DNA of 32,757 bases from Dimargaris cristalligena (lineage: Eukaryota). The notes below the pieces were generated by a model, which was not told the origin of the DNA, did not search any database, and saw only the letters and a program-made list of their open reading frames with translations. Positions 21,229-32,757 of this stretch are shown piece after piece (the first letter of the stretch is position 1; each line of letters begins with the position of its first letter). The DNA lies in NCBI GenBank assembly GCA_003614675.1, contig ML002419.1, forward strand, positions 1 through 32,757, given 5' to 3'. The translations under genes and the position numbers were made by a program.

Positions 21229-23829
21229 ATGGTACATTTGATTTCCTTATTGGGGGTACTTACCACGGCCCTCGTGTCCAACTTACCCCTTTCGCAGGGG
21301 CAATTTGCTCGTGGTACGGGTCTTTCGGTTCATGCTGGCACGGATGCCATACCGCATTTTTACATTGTCAAGTTTCCTGGGGCGCCCGGCTCTGCCGAGG
21401 GCCAAGCCGGAGCCAAAGCCTTTTACCAACAAATGGCTTCGATTAATGTTCCCTTTACGACCATGTCTAATTACACGGTTCTTATGAATGGTATGAGTAT
21501 TCAGGTCGACGACGAGTACAATGATGCCGTGTCCATGCTGCCGGGGGTTACCAATGTTTGGCAACTTAGCGCCACTTCCCTGGAAAGGGCTTCCGAGCCG
21601 CTGGGTGAGTTGTCCCGGCAGCCGGCCCGACCTATGCTAGCTCATAACTACACCGGGGTGGACTACGTTCACGATACGCTCGATAAAACCGGGCGCGAGG
21701 TAAAGATTGGCGTCATCGATGCGGGGGTGGACTATACCCACCCGGCGTTCGGTAACTGCTTCAAAACTCCCAATTGTCGCATCCGGTACGGCTACGATTT
21801 CGTGGGCGATACCACCGATGTGAAGTATCCGCAACCGGATAACGATCCCTTGGAGGTGTGCACCCAGCACGGCACCCACGTCGCCGGTATCGCAGCAGGG
21901 AACGACGGTGACTTCAAAGGAGTGGCTCCCAATGCTATTCTGGGTATTTACCGGGTCCTGAACTGTCGCCTAACCACTTCGGAAAGCGTCGTGATTTCCG
22001 CCTTGGAGAAGGCCTCGACGGACGGCATGGACATTGTGACCATGTCATTCGGATTCATCGGCAAGTGGGGGGAATCCGCCGTGGGCGACGTGGCCAGTTC
22101 CTTGGCTAAAAAGGGCACGCTCGTCGTGTCGGCCGCCGGGAACAATGGTAATGAAGGCATGCTGGCCATCGACGGTCCCTCGGTGAGCAGCGACGTGTTG
22201 TCGGTCGGCTCCGCCGACTTCCCCTTTTACTATAGCCAGTACATGAATGTGACATCGGATGAAGAGGTGGCTATCCGCCGTACCATGAACCCTATTCATA
22301 TCGTGGTCCCGAACCTCAGTAAAGTCCAATTGGTTCGCGGGTTCGCTGAGGGGAGCACCTCTGACGACACGGGATGCGGCCCACTATCGAGCTACACCGG
22401 TAAGGTCATCCTGCTGCAAAACGGGGGCTGTGGACTGGAACAGAAAGCCTTTTACGCCCAAATTTCGGGGGCCGTTCAGATGATCATCTACCAGAGTAAT
22501 GACGACGCCCTCTACCGACCCGACTATTACGACCCCTCCCTCACGTTTCCCGTGGTCTCCATCTTTAATTCGGACGCCCAGTACCTGATCAAGAAAATCA
22601 CCTCCACCGCCGCCGTTCGCATCTCGTCTAAGTCCGATAATCTTATCTTTGACGCTCTGACACCTCGGGCCCCGTCCTCCTTTTCGGCCTGGGGACCCGG
22701 TCCTGAGTCCGAGCTGAAACCGGAGCTCTTGGGTCCCGGTGCCAACATTTACGCGCCGTTTCCCAAGTACGCGGGGTATTACGGTCACATGACTGGCACT
22801 TCCATGTCCGCTCCCTATATTGCTGGGGTAGCCGCCCTGGCGATGGAGAACGGTAAATCCAATGCGAACAACGGCACCATCTCGGCCTTGGTCAATACCG
22901 CGCGTCCGCAAATCCACCCCACCGTTCTCCGGCCCTACTCCGTGGCGCAACAGGGGGCCGGAATTGTCCACGGGTTCGGGGCCACGGCTTCCCAGATTAT
23001 CTTTGACATTCGCACGGTGAACGGCACCTTCCCGGACACCAACTGGCGCGACTTTGACGTGTTTTTTAAGTACACTAACACCGGAACCACAGCGTTCAAC
23101 TATAGGCTTACTTCCACGGGTACTATTAGCTCGTCCGGGTTCGACAGCAAGAAGTTCCTGGCGATCCCGCCGATTAGTAACAAGAAGATCCCCGCCATTT
23201 GGCTGTCCACCACCTCCCTTAAAGTGGCCGCCGGCAAACAGGGGGAATTCGACATTAATTTAGACCATTCGGCCCACGATCGTCAGGACCTGTTCTTATA
23301 CAGTGCTTACTTGACCATGTACCCCGCCAGCGGAGTTTCCCAGGGTTTCAACTACACCATTCCCGTCATGGGCTTCTCGTACATGTCTACCCAGGTACCC
23401 GTTCTGCCCCCGCTGTCCTCGGGACTCCCCTGTTTGGTACAATCCGGTGAAAACATATGTTTGAACTCGCTACGGACGTTCGCACCCCCCACCAATTACC
23501 CTTCCATTGCGTTCCGTCTGCAGCACCCCGCCCGTCGGGTTCGCCTGATGATCGCCAAGTCCACGACACCCACGGTCCTGTTTGCCTCCATTGCCGAAAA
23601 CCAAATGTTTGACTATTCCCGTAATTTTATCGGCTCGGGTTCCCTGAACTACACTTACACTTGGACGGGTTCCATCTTCTACGGGACTAATGCCGCTTCC
23701 AAGGTCTACCCCGACAACGGCGACTATGTGGTTGTGTTGGAGGCGTACACTTACAACGACGCACTTAAGCCTACTACGTGGACGTCAATTCCCTTCCGCT
23801 GGGTTAAGCCTTCTGGTAAAGCCAAGTAG
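21229..23829 (+). CDS. Secreted subtilisin-like serine protease (S8; I9-like propeptide, PA insert, Fn3-like C-terminus; Vpr/pyrolysin-type), copy 1, 866 aa
   Basis: It has a hydrophobic signal peptide, the catalytic motifs IDAGVDY, HGTHVAG and GTSMSAP, and the oxyanion motif AAGNNG. The PA-domain motif GKVILLQNGGC...KA..AQ.SGA and the QQGAG motif are present. It is intronless. Confidence 0.96.
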   Translation: MVHLISLLGVLTTALVSNLPLSQGQFARGTGLSVHAGTDAIPHFYIVKFPGAPGSAEGQAGAKAFYQQMASINVPFTTMSNYTVLMNGMSIQVDDEYNDAVSMLPGVTNVWQLSATSLERASEPLGELSRQPARPMLAHNYTGVDYVHDTLDKTGREVKIGVIDAGVDYTHPAFGNCFKTPNCRIRYGYDFVGDTTDVKYPQPDNDPLEVCTQHGTHVAGIAAGNDGDFKGVAPNAILGIYRVLNCRLTTSESVVISALEKASTDGMDIVTMSFGFIGKWGESAVGDVASSLAKKGTLVVSAAGNNGNEGMLAIDGPSVSSDVLSVGSADFPFYYSQYMNVTSDEEVAIRRTMNPIHIVVPNLSKVQLVRGFAEGSTSDDTGCGPLSSYTGKVILLQNGGCGLEQKAFYAQISGAVQMIIYQSNDDALYRPDYYDPSLTFPVVSIFNSDAQYLIKKITSTAAVRISSKSDNLIFDALTPRAPSSFSAWGPGPESELKPELLGPGANIYAPFPKYAGYYGHMTGTSMSAPYIAGVAALAMENGKSNANNGTISALVNTARPQIHPTVLRPYSVAQQGAGIVHGFGATASQIIFDIRTVNGTFPDTNWRDFDVFFKYTNTGTTAFNYRLTSTGTISSSGFDSKKFLAIPPISNKKIPAIWLSTTSLKVAAGKQGEFDINLDHSAHDRQDLFLYSAYLTMYPASGVSQGFNYTIPVMGFSYMSTQVPVLPPLSSGLPCLVQSGENICLNSLRTFAPPTNYPSIAFRLQHPARRVRLMIAKSTTPTVLFASIAENQMFDYSRNFIGSGSLNYTYTWTGSIFYGTNAASKVYPDNGDYVVVLEAYTYNDALKPTTWTSIPFRWVKPSGKAK

Positions 23830-24524
23830 TCCGAGCTTTTAAGGGCATCCCTTTTTCTAATGGATGAAATTACCATTTCCAAACCCCTTTATTTGTACTC
23901 AGTGTTAGGCTTGGACCGCCCGTTACCGGGCTAACAGAAACCAATAAGACTAATTCGTGTTAATATAACTGTTTACAGAATAAACATAACCAAGCGAGTA
24001 CTGTCGCATGATGCATAAAACAAAGGGGATGTGTACTGAGGATACAGTGATCGAATAGACCTCGCTACAAAGCCCGGGAATGGGCTGTGATATTGTAATA
24101 GGTCTGAATAGCGACAACGGGTGGCATTCTGCAAGTATCCTCCCCTTAATGAACGGCACGCATAGAAGTAGATTGTTCAGAATCCATTATAGGTATTCAT
24201 CGCAATGAGAACAGTGGCTTCCATTGAATATGTATTTCCGCCCGGTATACCATTCATTGCTAACGGTTGATGCCACACCCCGTCCATGGCTTATCTACCA
24301 ATTCTGTGTTTAGCTTGTTTTTATTCTGTCAGTGTTTATTGAGCCGGTCTCCATTTATAGCATTGGTGTGACAAATATCATGCAATTCTTTGAATTTTGA
24401 TATATTACCAACTCAACCACATATAATAGCGTTACTTTCAATACTATTATTTTTTGTTGGTATTTTTCTAAGTACTTTGCCAATAATAGTCCCTTATTTT
24501 CTATAATTCTTTTCAGCGTCCACC

Positions 24525-24740
24525 ATGAGATCCAGCACCTTCAAATCCAGCCAGTCTGCGTCTTTGAACATACCCAAACATGTTAAGCTGGGATCTTCCA
24601 TTGAAGCGTCAAAACAACCTGAGAAGGGCGTCAAGGCCGTTTCGCAGCTTTCTAAGCCTAGCACGTCGAAGTTGAATTTTCCCAGCACTAAAAATGCAGG
24701 GTACAATACCTGTTTTGAAATTGAACTGTGCTCAGTTTGA
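24525..24740 (+). CDS. Candidate small Ser/Lys-rich protein (71 aa) with a C-terminal C-x5-C motif; function unknown
   Basis: The start context is ccaccATG, preceded by a polypyrimidine tract and CAG at 24516. An AATAAA lies about 90 nt after the stop. I recognised no family. Confidence 0.35.
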   Translation: MRSSTFKSSQSASLNIPKHVKLGSSIEASKQPEKGVKAVSQLSKPSTSKLNFPSTKNAGYNTCFEIELCSV

Positions 24741-27700
24741 CTACTCTCTATATTTATCGAGTTCCGGCACCTGGCTTGCCAGATAGCTCTTGAGAAAATT
24801 ACATTAGACAACACCTGTCCCTAATGAATAAACAAATGGCCACAATGTAATAAGTGAAAGCCCATCCGATCTCATGCTTAAACAATTATCCGCGGTGGAT
24901 TTACTTTAGCTACTGTGGCTCGAATTCCGTCCCAAGGCCCCTATTTTTTTGAAGAACCTGGAGCACTGTAGTTGTACTTTATCAAATAACCTTTAGTAAT
25001 AAGCATCTTTTATACCGCTGCTGTTTTGCAACAGGGAAACCGTTGGCGGCTAAACTTATGCTAGGTTAAAGAGTTAGTATTTATTCATATATAAATCTGA
25101 GCTGTTAGTATATTTGAGCAGAATTTAAGCCCCGGGGATACTGCATTAAGAGTGATGGTGGATGGATCAACCTAAATTGTTCGCTTCAACTAGGGCCCTT
25201 CGATTGTAAGACTGCCATCACACCACCAAGTGACATCAACCGAAGACCACGGAAAAATTGGCTTCCGGGGTAATATTGGGAACCATGAATGGCGACAATC
25301 ACAGGCTACTACGTATATCAAGACTACAAAAGGTTGATCTTGAGATCCATGGTATACCCATCAATTACTTCCAGAAACTGGAGGGTTAAACTGAACTTCG
25401 GGGGCTAAAGGAAGTTGATAGGCGACGGGTTGTTCCACAGCTCCAGTTATATTTATTCAACGTGTATTACATTGGATGGGCTTTTTCACACTGGCTCCCT
25501 ATGTTCATGTTTCGACCTCCGCTGCCACCACTTGTCTAGACCTATCCAGCGGGCGCCCCTCAAGCAAATCGAGGGTGCCTCTGGAGGCCGTTAAACCCAT
25601 TGCAACACTTTCTCTTAAAACCGGGTTGGAAGATACACACCAACCGGCTACTATATTTGTTCGATTAATCATTTTTACTATATTTGAGCTAGCAAGAGTG
25701 TACACCAGGGTGTCGAGGAATCAAAAAAAGTAGCTTTCACTGTTAAATACAAGTAGGTTCATTGAAATGATTCCGTATGTGGGTGTAAGTGTGTGGATTT
25801 AACGTGCGGTATTTTCCAGCAAGGCCAGATTATGAGTGCGGGAAAATAAACCTGAATATGTTCAACCTCATGGTGCTAGTTCGTATAATACGGGAAGTAA
25901 ATTAACCAACTCTGGGCCATAGAAAACCACTGCTCAATATTTGACATAGAAATTGCCACCATACTTAATAAACAAAAGACCAAACACGTACACCAGTTTA
26001 GTAACCGATCCCCAGATAGGGTAGAACATATACGGCTTCCCCATGAATCGCTAAGTAATATTGTGAGGGGCGCTTATGGCTTGGAGCGCCCTATCCAGTC
26101 ACCTAAGCGATGTGGTGTAATTCTGAGAGAGAAGTTTTGGTCGTGCGATAGTGACATTGGTGAGGGACACGTTTTCACAATCCAACTTAAGGCAAGCTTT
26201 TCTTGTTTCAAATACACGGATAACTTCTGTAATCAAAGTGGTCGATTAAAGAATATAGTGTATGGCTGATTGATCATTATCATGGCGAACCAGCTAGGAT
26301 ACCGAAAGTAGCGTTCTGGGTTCTACCGAATTAGATCACCGTGTGTAATTAGATATTTTAGTAAGGGATGGATTTGGAATCTCAGAACATATAGAGCCTG
26401 AGATGTCCCTCATGTTTCCATCTTGGTAAAATGCCAAGAAACTGATCCTATGGATTGCACAGCAAATCCCCCAAACGTTTACACAGTTGACGAATCAGAC
26501 CATTAAGAACATGTATGGAGGATCATGAAACAGCCTCCCCCATGTTCACAGTTGGTGCTGGAGAGGCTTTTCCATACCATACTAAATTTAAGCAAAGGTG
26601 TCTAGTATACATCACACTCCTAATGAGGAGAGTCCCTAAGAACTCGGATGTATATTTCAGCCGGTGTGAAATGGACAATCGCTGGACTTGAAAATGTACC
26701 GATTGGGACTCTGCTAGAAGGGAAGCCTGGCCTTCGCTCCGGGGCCAATACTTATTGGTGTATTGCACTCTTAAAAATTACACCCATACTGGCGACCTGC
26801 TTATGTTTAATAGCAATTGCCTCACATGTTTCTTGCTACCATTCACTCAAATGAGCCTTAATGAATCTTAATGATTGGGCTAATAGTCTCCGGATAGTCG
26901 CCACGCTTGAATAGACGCAAGTTCTCACGCACACTGGTGGAATAGATTGGAAGTATCAATCCTCAAAAGAAGCACCAGATTGAGCGACCTGGCCAAGTGT
27001 GCTACTATAATCTTACAGGTCTGGCAAAATCAAAATCATTTACTCCTTGAGTCCATAGGTAATTCTGCCGGCGTCGTTCAATAAATAGTTTGTAGAAAAA
27101 GTTCTCAATAGTTGACTAAACCTAATGGCAGGACTCTGACGAGATTAAGCCATTGGCATACGTGGACTCATCTTCATATAATTCACCCTTGAGAAAAACG
27201 AGAATTTTATCGTCAGAGATGTCCAGTCTCTGCCGAGTAGCTGTGACCCACATTATAACTCTGGCTGGCCCAATACAGATTAAGGATGTCGCGCTATACT
27301 CCATGCAAATCTAGTTGAAATAGATGGACATCCGTTCTTTCGATGACCCTAAATTGGTATATAATCCCTACGGTTTATTTATTTTCCCTGGTTCTTAAGG
27401 AAAAAATAAACTAGTACCAAGATGAGTTGAATTATTAATTTAAAAATATGTATACAAAATTGTCCCACCCGAACTATAAAGTTTTACTAAATCTCTCCTG
27501 TATAAACTGATGTCCGGAAGATGGTGAGCAACTTCACTGATCAATTGCAACTCTAATATTTCATCGAGCTCTCATTTGAGACACTATTTTGCGTCATTTA
27601 ACTAAAATTAAAATACCTTACAGTCACAGTCGTTGTAATAGCCATTTCTCAGTTGGCTTCCTCGTGAGGACACCTTCGTTACATAGCAATACAGTAGTGT

Positions 27701-29776
27701 ACTCAAGAAGTAAATTATGAAAAAAAAAGGGTTACATTTCTCTCTCTCGACCATCTCTAAAGGGCCAAGCCCATACTTTATTCCCAAGCTCTCAGAATTT
27801 CAGTACCCAGCGATTTGCAACGCTTACATACAGTTGCAAACCTTTTAGGGAGTGTATCCGAACTATTTTAAAACCCTTTATGGGGGAATAGGATTCGAAT
27901 CATCTTAGCGGGCCTAGCCATGACGCAAAAACACTCACGGCCACCGCAATAGAACAGCCTTTCCACCAGTAGAAGGCCGATCCGTTATGGTAACTAATAG
28001 GGGAGTTATAGTTGGCACACTAGGAAGGATACGTTGGCCCCGCTACGGTGTCGGTAAAAAGATTCCCCATATGGAAATGGGTAAATATAGTGTATTACGG
28101 TCTGGGAATCACACCATGTCCCCATCAAAGGGTTGGGCGATTAGCCCAATTTGCTACCAATTTCCCTATTGGTTGCAGATGATTTTCAGAAAGGCGATTA
28201 GCACAATCCGAGTGTAAGAGTACACCAGCGGTAAGTTAACTGTAACGCCAAAGTAGGCCATGGGCTGCGTTTGGTTTTCCATAGTAAAATTAGTTCGACC
28301 GAGTCAGGGACAATGCAGAATAAATTCATCTTAGCTAAGCAATTACAGAACTTAAACACAGTCAGTGTGTTTTTCTCTTAGATAGTTTGGGTTAATCAGG
28401 TATGAGTGTTTTAAATGGAGTACCGAGTAACTCACGGCTAGTAGTTGCTGAACGTCTCAGCCCAGGCCGTTAAATGAACAAATACATGTTTGTCCATAAG
28501 GATATCGTTTCATTTAAATTGAAATTATATGTTCATTGCAATCCCGTATTAAGCTGCCGCTAATCCTAATAAGGAGCCGCCAAGATCGACAATTGCCGGG
28601 TTGCCTCTGTAGTGCAACAGCACAGCGGCGTAGAATGTGTAAGCGAAGCATAACTTCCTACTCGTGGAGAACCGAGACCACTAGTGGACGCAAGTGGCAA
28701 CTGTCCCCTTTTGGATAGCACCTCTCCTCTACCCTACCGTTGGTAAAAATGGGGCATTTTGTGTAGAAACATGGCATGCGTTATAATGGAACTTACTGAT
28801 GAGTGACCCGCCTAAAAATCAAACGAGATCCAACAGCTAAATCACCAACCAGAGTATGTATCAATCGAAGCAAATTATTGCCAAATTATCTTGCTAGACG
28901 AACATTTGCGACCTTTAATGTAGTAGCTTAGTCATTGAATTTGTAGCCTACTATTTTTAGACCAGCACTGCCCTAGTGGTACATCCTGGAACTGTGGTGT
29001 TTTGATAAGGAAAATGGGGGTGGCTCACCTACCCCCTGAAACATTACCCCCTTCTCGGCATATTCTGCCAAAAATAAAAGTGGAAGTGGCGGTTAGAACA
29101 ATAAAAATATAAGTACACCAAACCCCCACGGAGTAGTTTGGCAAATCAGGGGACATAGGCGCTGCCACCGAATTAGCTTTCCCCGAGAATTGCACCGAGG
29201 CGGGAATGCAAGGCACCCGGTAAAGGTAGACGCCCAACGCGGAATTTCCCATAAGAAATGACTGAAGAAGGCTGGCCGTAAAAACATCGCCATAAATTTC
29301 CCAGTTGGTCGAGCAAAAGCAATGCAGTCCGCTGAGTGATTTGCAATGATGTGTCTAATTATTTCCACCGTTTATCCATGTTGTATAGTGTTGCATTTGG
29401 GACAAGGCTCTCACACCTTGGGCTACGTGGTGAATACGTCGTAGCCCCAGTGGGATCGACCACTCGGCCATATTATTATGGATCAAACTGAAAAAATCAA
29501 TGAAGTAATTCGATTGACTTGGAGTGGGTAAAGGGTAACAAGGATCATTTGGCGACCACTAATGATTGTAACCTGGAATAACCCCAAATTACTAGCCTCC
29601 CACATTTTAGATTGTCCTGAGGTACACTCTATTCACTAATTGCTAAGATGTTAGGCCGGTGTGGTGAACCCATGGAGCCAGTTGAGATAGCTCAGGGACC
29701 CCAGCAGCTGCCTTGAATCTTGAATCATCCCTGTCGCTTAGCTCACAAGGACATGGGTATAGGTCAAGTAAATAAA

Positions 29777-29783
29777 TATATAA
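29777..29783 (+). promoter_or_regulatory. TATA-like box upstream of subtilisin copy 2
   Basis: TATATAA lies 260 nt before the ATG, a spacing similar to copy 1. Confidence 0.4.
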
Positions 29784-30036
29784 GGAGGGTTACCACGCCC
29801 TTCTACAGCCCCGTCGACCTCCAATGTGGTTCTCCGATACTATAGTGGGCACTTCCTCTATATTTGACATTTCTCATTCTATTGAGCAACATCTATTCGC
29901 CACTTTTCTTTATTTACGACTAAATTAAATCATTATAATTGTTAACCTATTACTAAACCGAACTTACCAACTCTAATCCCTTTAATATATTCATTATTTT
30001 TTTATTCTGCTCCACCCACCACTGAGTACATTAACC

Positions 30037-32631
30037 ATGGTCCGTACTACCTCTTTGTGTGGAGCACTGGCAATGGCCCTCGTTGGCAGTCTGTCCGTGG
30101 TACTCGGCCAATCTCCGGGCGGCCCCGGGATTCCTAGCACGGCCGGCTCGGATATGATCCCCCATTACTATATTGTCAAGTTTCCTGGTGCACCTGGAAC
30201 TCCCGAAGGCTTGGCCGGAGCGCAGACTTTTTACAATCAAATGTCCGCCATTCACGTTCCGTACGTCATCACGACCAATTACTCAATCCTTCTGAACGGC
30301 ATGAGTATTCGTGTGGATGATTCTTACTCCGATGCCGTATCCATGCTGCCCGGGGTCACCAACGTTTGGCAACTTAGTGCCACCTCGCTCGAGCAGTCTA
30401 ATACCCTCGCGGGTGTATTGCCCCAGCAACCCCCCAAGCCCATGCTAGCCCATAACTACACCGGGGTCAGTAACGTCCACGACGGTTTGGCTAAAACCGG
30501 GCGCAACGTCAAGGTCGGTATCATTGATGCCGGGGTGGATTACACCCACCCGGCGTTCGGTAACTGTTTCAAGACCCCTAACTGCCGCATCCAATACGGT
30601 ACCGATTTAATGGGTGACGCCAACGATGTGAGGTATCCCCAACCGGATACCGATCCCTTGGAGATGTGCACGCAGCACGGAACGCATGTGGCCGGCATCT
30701 TGGCGGGCAATGACGGTGACTTCAAAGGGGTAGCTCCCGACGCTATTCTGGGCATTTACCGGGTCCTCAACTGTCGTCTAAGTACCTCGGAAACCGTCGT
30801 CATCAGCGCCCTTGAGGCAGCCTTTATCGACGGCATGGATATTGTGACCATGTCCCTGGGGTTCATCGGCAAATGGGGGGAATCCGCCGTCGGTGACGTA
30901 GCCGTCAATCTGGCTAGGCGAGGGGTTCTGGTCGTGTCGGCAGCCGGCAACAACGGAGTGGAAGGTATGTTGGCGATTGACGGCCCGTCGGTCAGTAACG
31001 AGGTGCTTTCAATCGGCTCCGCCGACTTCCCTTTTTACTACAGCCAGTACATGAATGTGACCTCGGACGAAAAGGTGGCCATTCGCCGTACCATGAACCC
31101 CATTCACATTGTCCCCCTCCCCACATTTACCAACGTCCCCTTGGTGCGTGGGTTTGCCTCGGATAGTACGACTGACGATTTCGGATGCAAAACGCTACCC
31201 AGCTACACCGGTAAAATCATCCTTCTGCAAAACGGCGGCTGTGCCCTGGAACAGAAGGCTAGTTTGGCCCAAGCCTCCGGCGCCCTCCAGATGGTGATCT
31301 ACCAAAGTAATGATGACGCTCTGTACCGCCCCGATTATATAACTACGATCATGTTCCCCGTCGTGGCCATCTTCATGACCGATGCCCAGTACCTGATCAA
31401 GAAACTCGCCACCACCACCGTGCTCATCTCCACCAATTCCGACAATATCATTTTTGATGCTATTACTCCGCGCGCCCCGTCATCGTTTTCGGCCTGGGGG
31501 CCTGGTCCCGAGTCCGAATTGAAACCAGAATTGCTGGGCCCTGGGGTTAACATCTACGCCCCGTACCCCGTGTACGCCGGATCGTACGGCCACATGACGG
31601 GTACCTCCATGTCCACCCCGTATGTCGCCGGAATTGCCGCCTTGGCCATGGAAAACGGTAAGGTCAACACCAACAATGGCACGCTTTCGGCGCTCGTCAA
31701 TACCGGCCGTCCCCAAATCAATCCCACGGCCAAACGCTCCTACTCGGTGGCCCAACAGGGTGCGGGTATCGTGAACGGCTATGGTGCCACCGCCTCCCAG
31801 GTCATTTTCAACGTCACTGCGGTCAACGGGACCTTCCCCGATACCAACTGGCGCGATTTCGATGTGTTCTTCGGCCTCACCAACATCGGGGACAGTGCCG
31901 TTAGTCTCAAGATCACCTCCGTTAACACCATCAGTTCGTCCGGGTTCGATAGTAAGAAGTTCTTAGTGGTCCCCCCGATTAGCAACACCAAGGTACCGTC
32001 CATTTGGTTTTCCGACAATTCAGTGAAAATGAACGCCGCCAAGAAGGGCACCTTCAATATCAACCTAGACCACTCGTCGCACGAGCGGGAAGACTTGTTC
32101 CTCTACAGTGCCCATATTGTCATGTACCCTTCGACAGGAGTTTCCCAGGGCTTCAACTACACGATTCCGGTTATGGGCTTTTCGTACTTCTCCACCCAAG
32201 TGCCCGTTTTACCTCCGCTGTCCTCGGGACTCCCCTGCTTGATTCAGCAGTTTGAGAACGTGTGCTTGAATTCTTTGCGAACGTTTTCACCCCCGAACAA
32301 CTACGCCGCCATGGCCTTCCGCCTGCAGCACCCCGCCCGTCGACTGCGCCTGCTCATTGCCAAGTCCACTACGCCCACCACCCCCTTTGCCTCCATTGCG
32401 GAGAACCAAATGTACGACTTCTCCCGCAACTTTGTGGGAGCGGGTTCCCTGAACTACACTTACCGTTGGGACGGTTTTGTTTTTAACGGTAATGCGGCGA
32501 CCAAAGCCTACCCCGAAAATGGCGACTACGTATTTGTCATGGAGGTGTACACTTTCAATGATACACTGACTCCTGCCACTTGGACATCCATTCCCTTCCG
32601 CTGGGTTAAGCCGCTGACCCTGTCGACTTAG
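30037..32631 (+). CDS. Secreted subtilisin-like serine protease (S8), copy 2, 864 aa; tandem paralogue of 21229..23829
   Basis: It has the same architecture and an intact catalytic triad (IDAGVDY, HGTHVAG, GTSMSTP). It is colinear with copy 1 over its full length. Confidence 0.96.
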   Translation: MVRTTSLCGALAMALVGSLSVVLGQSPGGPGIPSTAGSDMIPHYYIVKFPGAPGTPEGLAGAQTFYNQMSAIHVPYVITTNYSILLNGMSIRVDDSYSDAVSMLPGVTNVWQLSATSLEQSNTLAGVLPQQPPKPMLAHNYTGVSNVHDGLAKTGRNVKVGIIDAGVDYTHPAFGNCFKTPNCRIQYGTDLMGDANDVRYPQPDTDPLEMCTQHGTHVAGILAGNDGDFKGVAPDAILGIYRVLNCRLSTSETVVISALEAAFIDGMDIVTMSLGFIGKWGESAVGDVAVNLARRGVLVVSAAGNNGVEGMLAIDGPSVSNEVLSIGSADFPFYYSQYMNVTSDEKVAIRRTMNPIHIVPLPTFTNVPLVRGFASDSTTDDFGCKTLPSYTGKIILLQNGGCALEQKASLAQASGALQMVIYQSNDDALYRPDYITTIMFPVVAIFMTDAQYLIKKLATTTVLISTNSDNIIFDAITPRAPSSFSAWGPGPESELKPELLGPGVNIYAPYPVYAGSYGHMTGTSMSTPYVAGIAALAMENGKVNTNNGTLSALVNTGRPQINPTAKRSYSVAQQGAGIVNGYGATASQVIFNVTAVNGTFPDTNWRDFDVFFGLTNIGDSAVSLKITSVNTISSSGFDSKKFLVVPPISNTKVPSIWFSDNSVKMNAAKKGTFNINLDHSSHEREDLFLYSAHIVMYPSTGVSQGFNYTIPVMGFSYFSTQVPVLPPLSSGLPCLIQQFENVCLNSLRTFSPPNNYAAMAFRLQHPARRLRLLIAKSTTPTTPFASIAENQMYDFSRNFVGAGSLNYTYRWDGFVFNGNAATKAYPENGDYVFVMEVYTFNDTLTPATWTSIPFRWVKPLTLST

Positions 32632-32757
32632 GTCCGTCGTGTCTGTCTTTGGTGGGATGTTAGACTACCGCACCATCCTCTTCGTCCCCTTTTCCTTGAT
32701 ACTTTTTTTTCCCTCCAAACCTTACCATAATTAGAAAATATGGGTAAGCCTTGACTG

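Overview
Eukaryotic DNA with GT-AG introns, most likely from a fungus. An early-diverging lineage such as Zoopagomycota or Mucoromycota is my inference from the protein sequences and has not been verified. The window has three zones. (1) 1-10.5 kb is gene-sparse and holds one YSL/OPT-family transporter on the minus strand. Its 3' end carries an apparent +1 homopolymer frameshift, and it has a candidate long spliced 5' leader containing a uORF. (2) 10.5-18.1 kb is a compact housekeeping cluster: RPS12, Mss4/RABIF, a three-exon Csm3/Swi3/Tipin gene, eIF6 and a two-exon RCC1-repeat protein with a mitochondrial-like presequence. (3) 18.1-32.7 kb is gene-sparse, with two tandem, intronless, secreted S8 subtilisin paralogues (propeptide, PA insert, Fn3-like tail) and a candidate 71-aa small gene between them. 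The most novel candidates are the OPT leader (intron-split ~40-aa uORF plus a stem covering a splice donor), a hairpin cluster at about 16.05-16.2 kb, the structured RPS12 leader intron and the small ORF between the proteases. All four are hypotheses. I recognised no tRNA, rRNA, CRISPR array or transposon.
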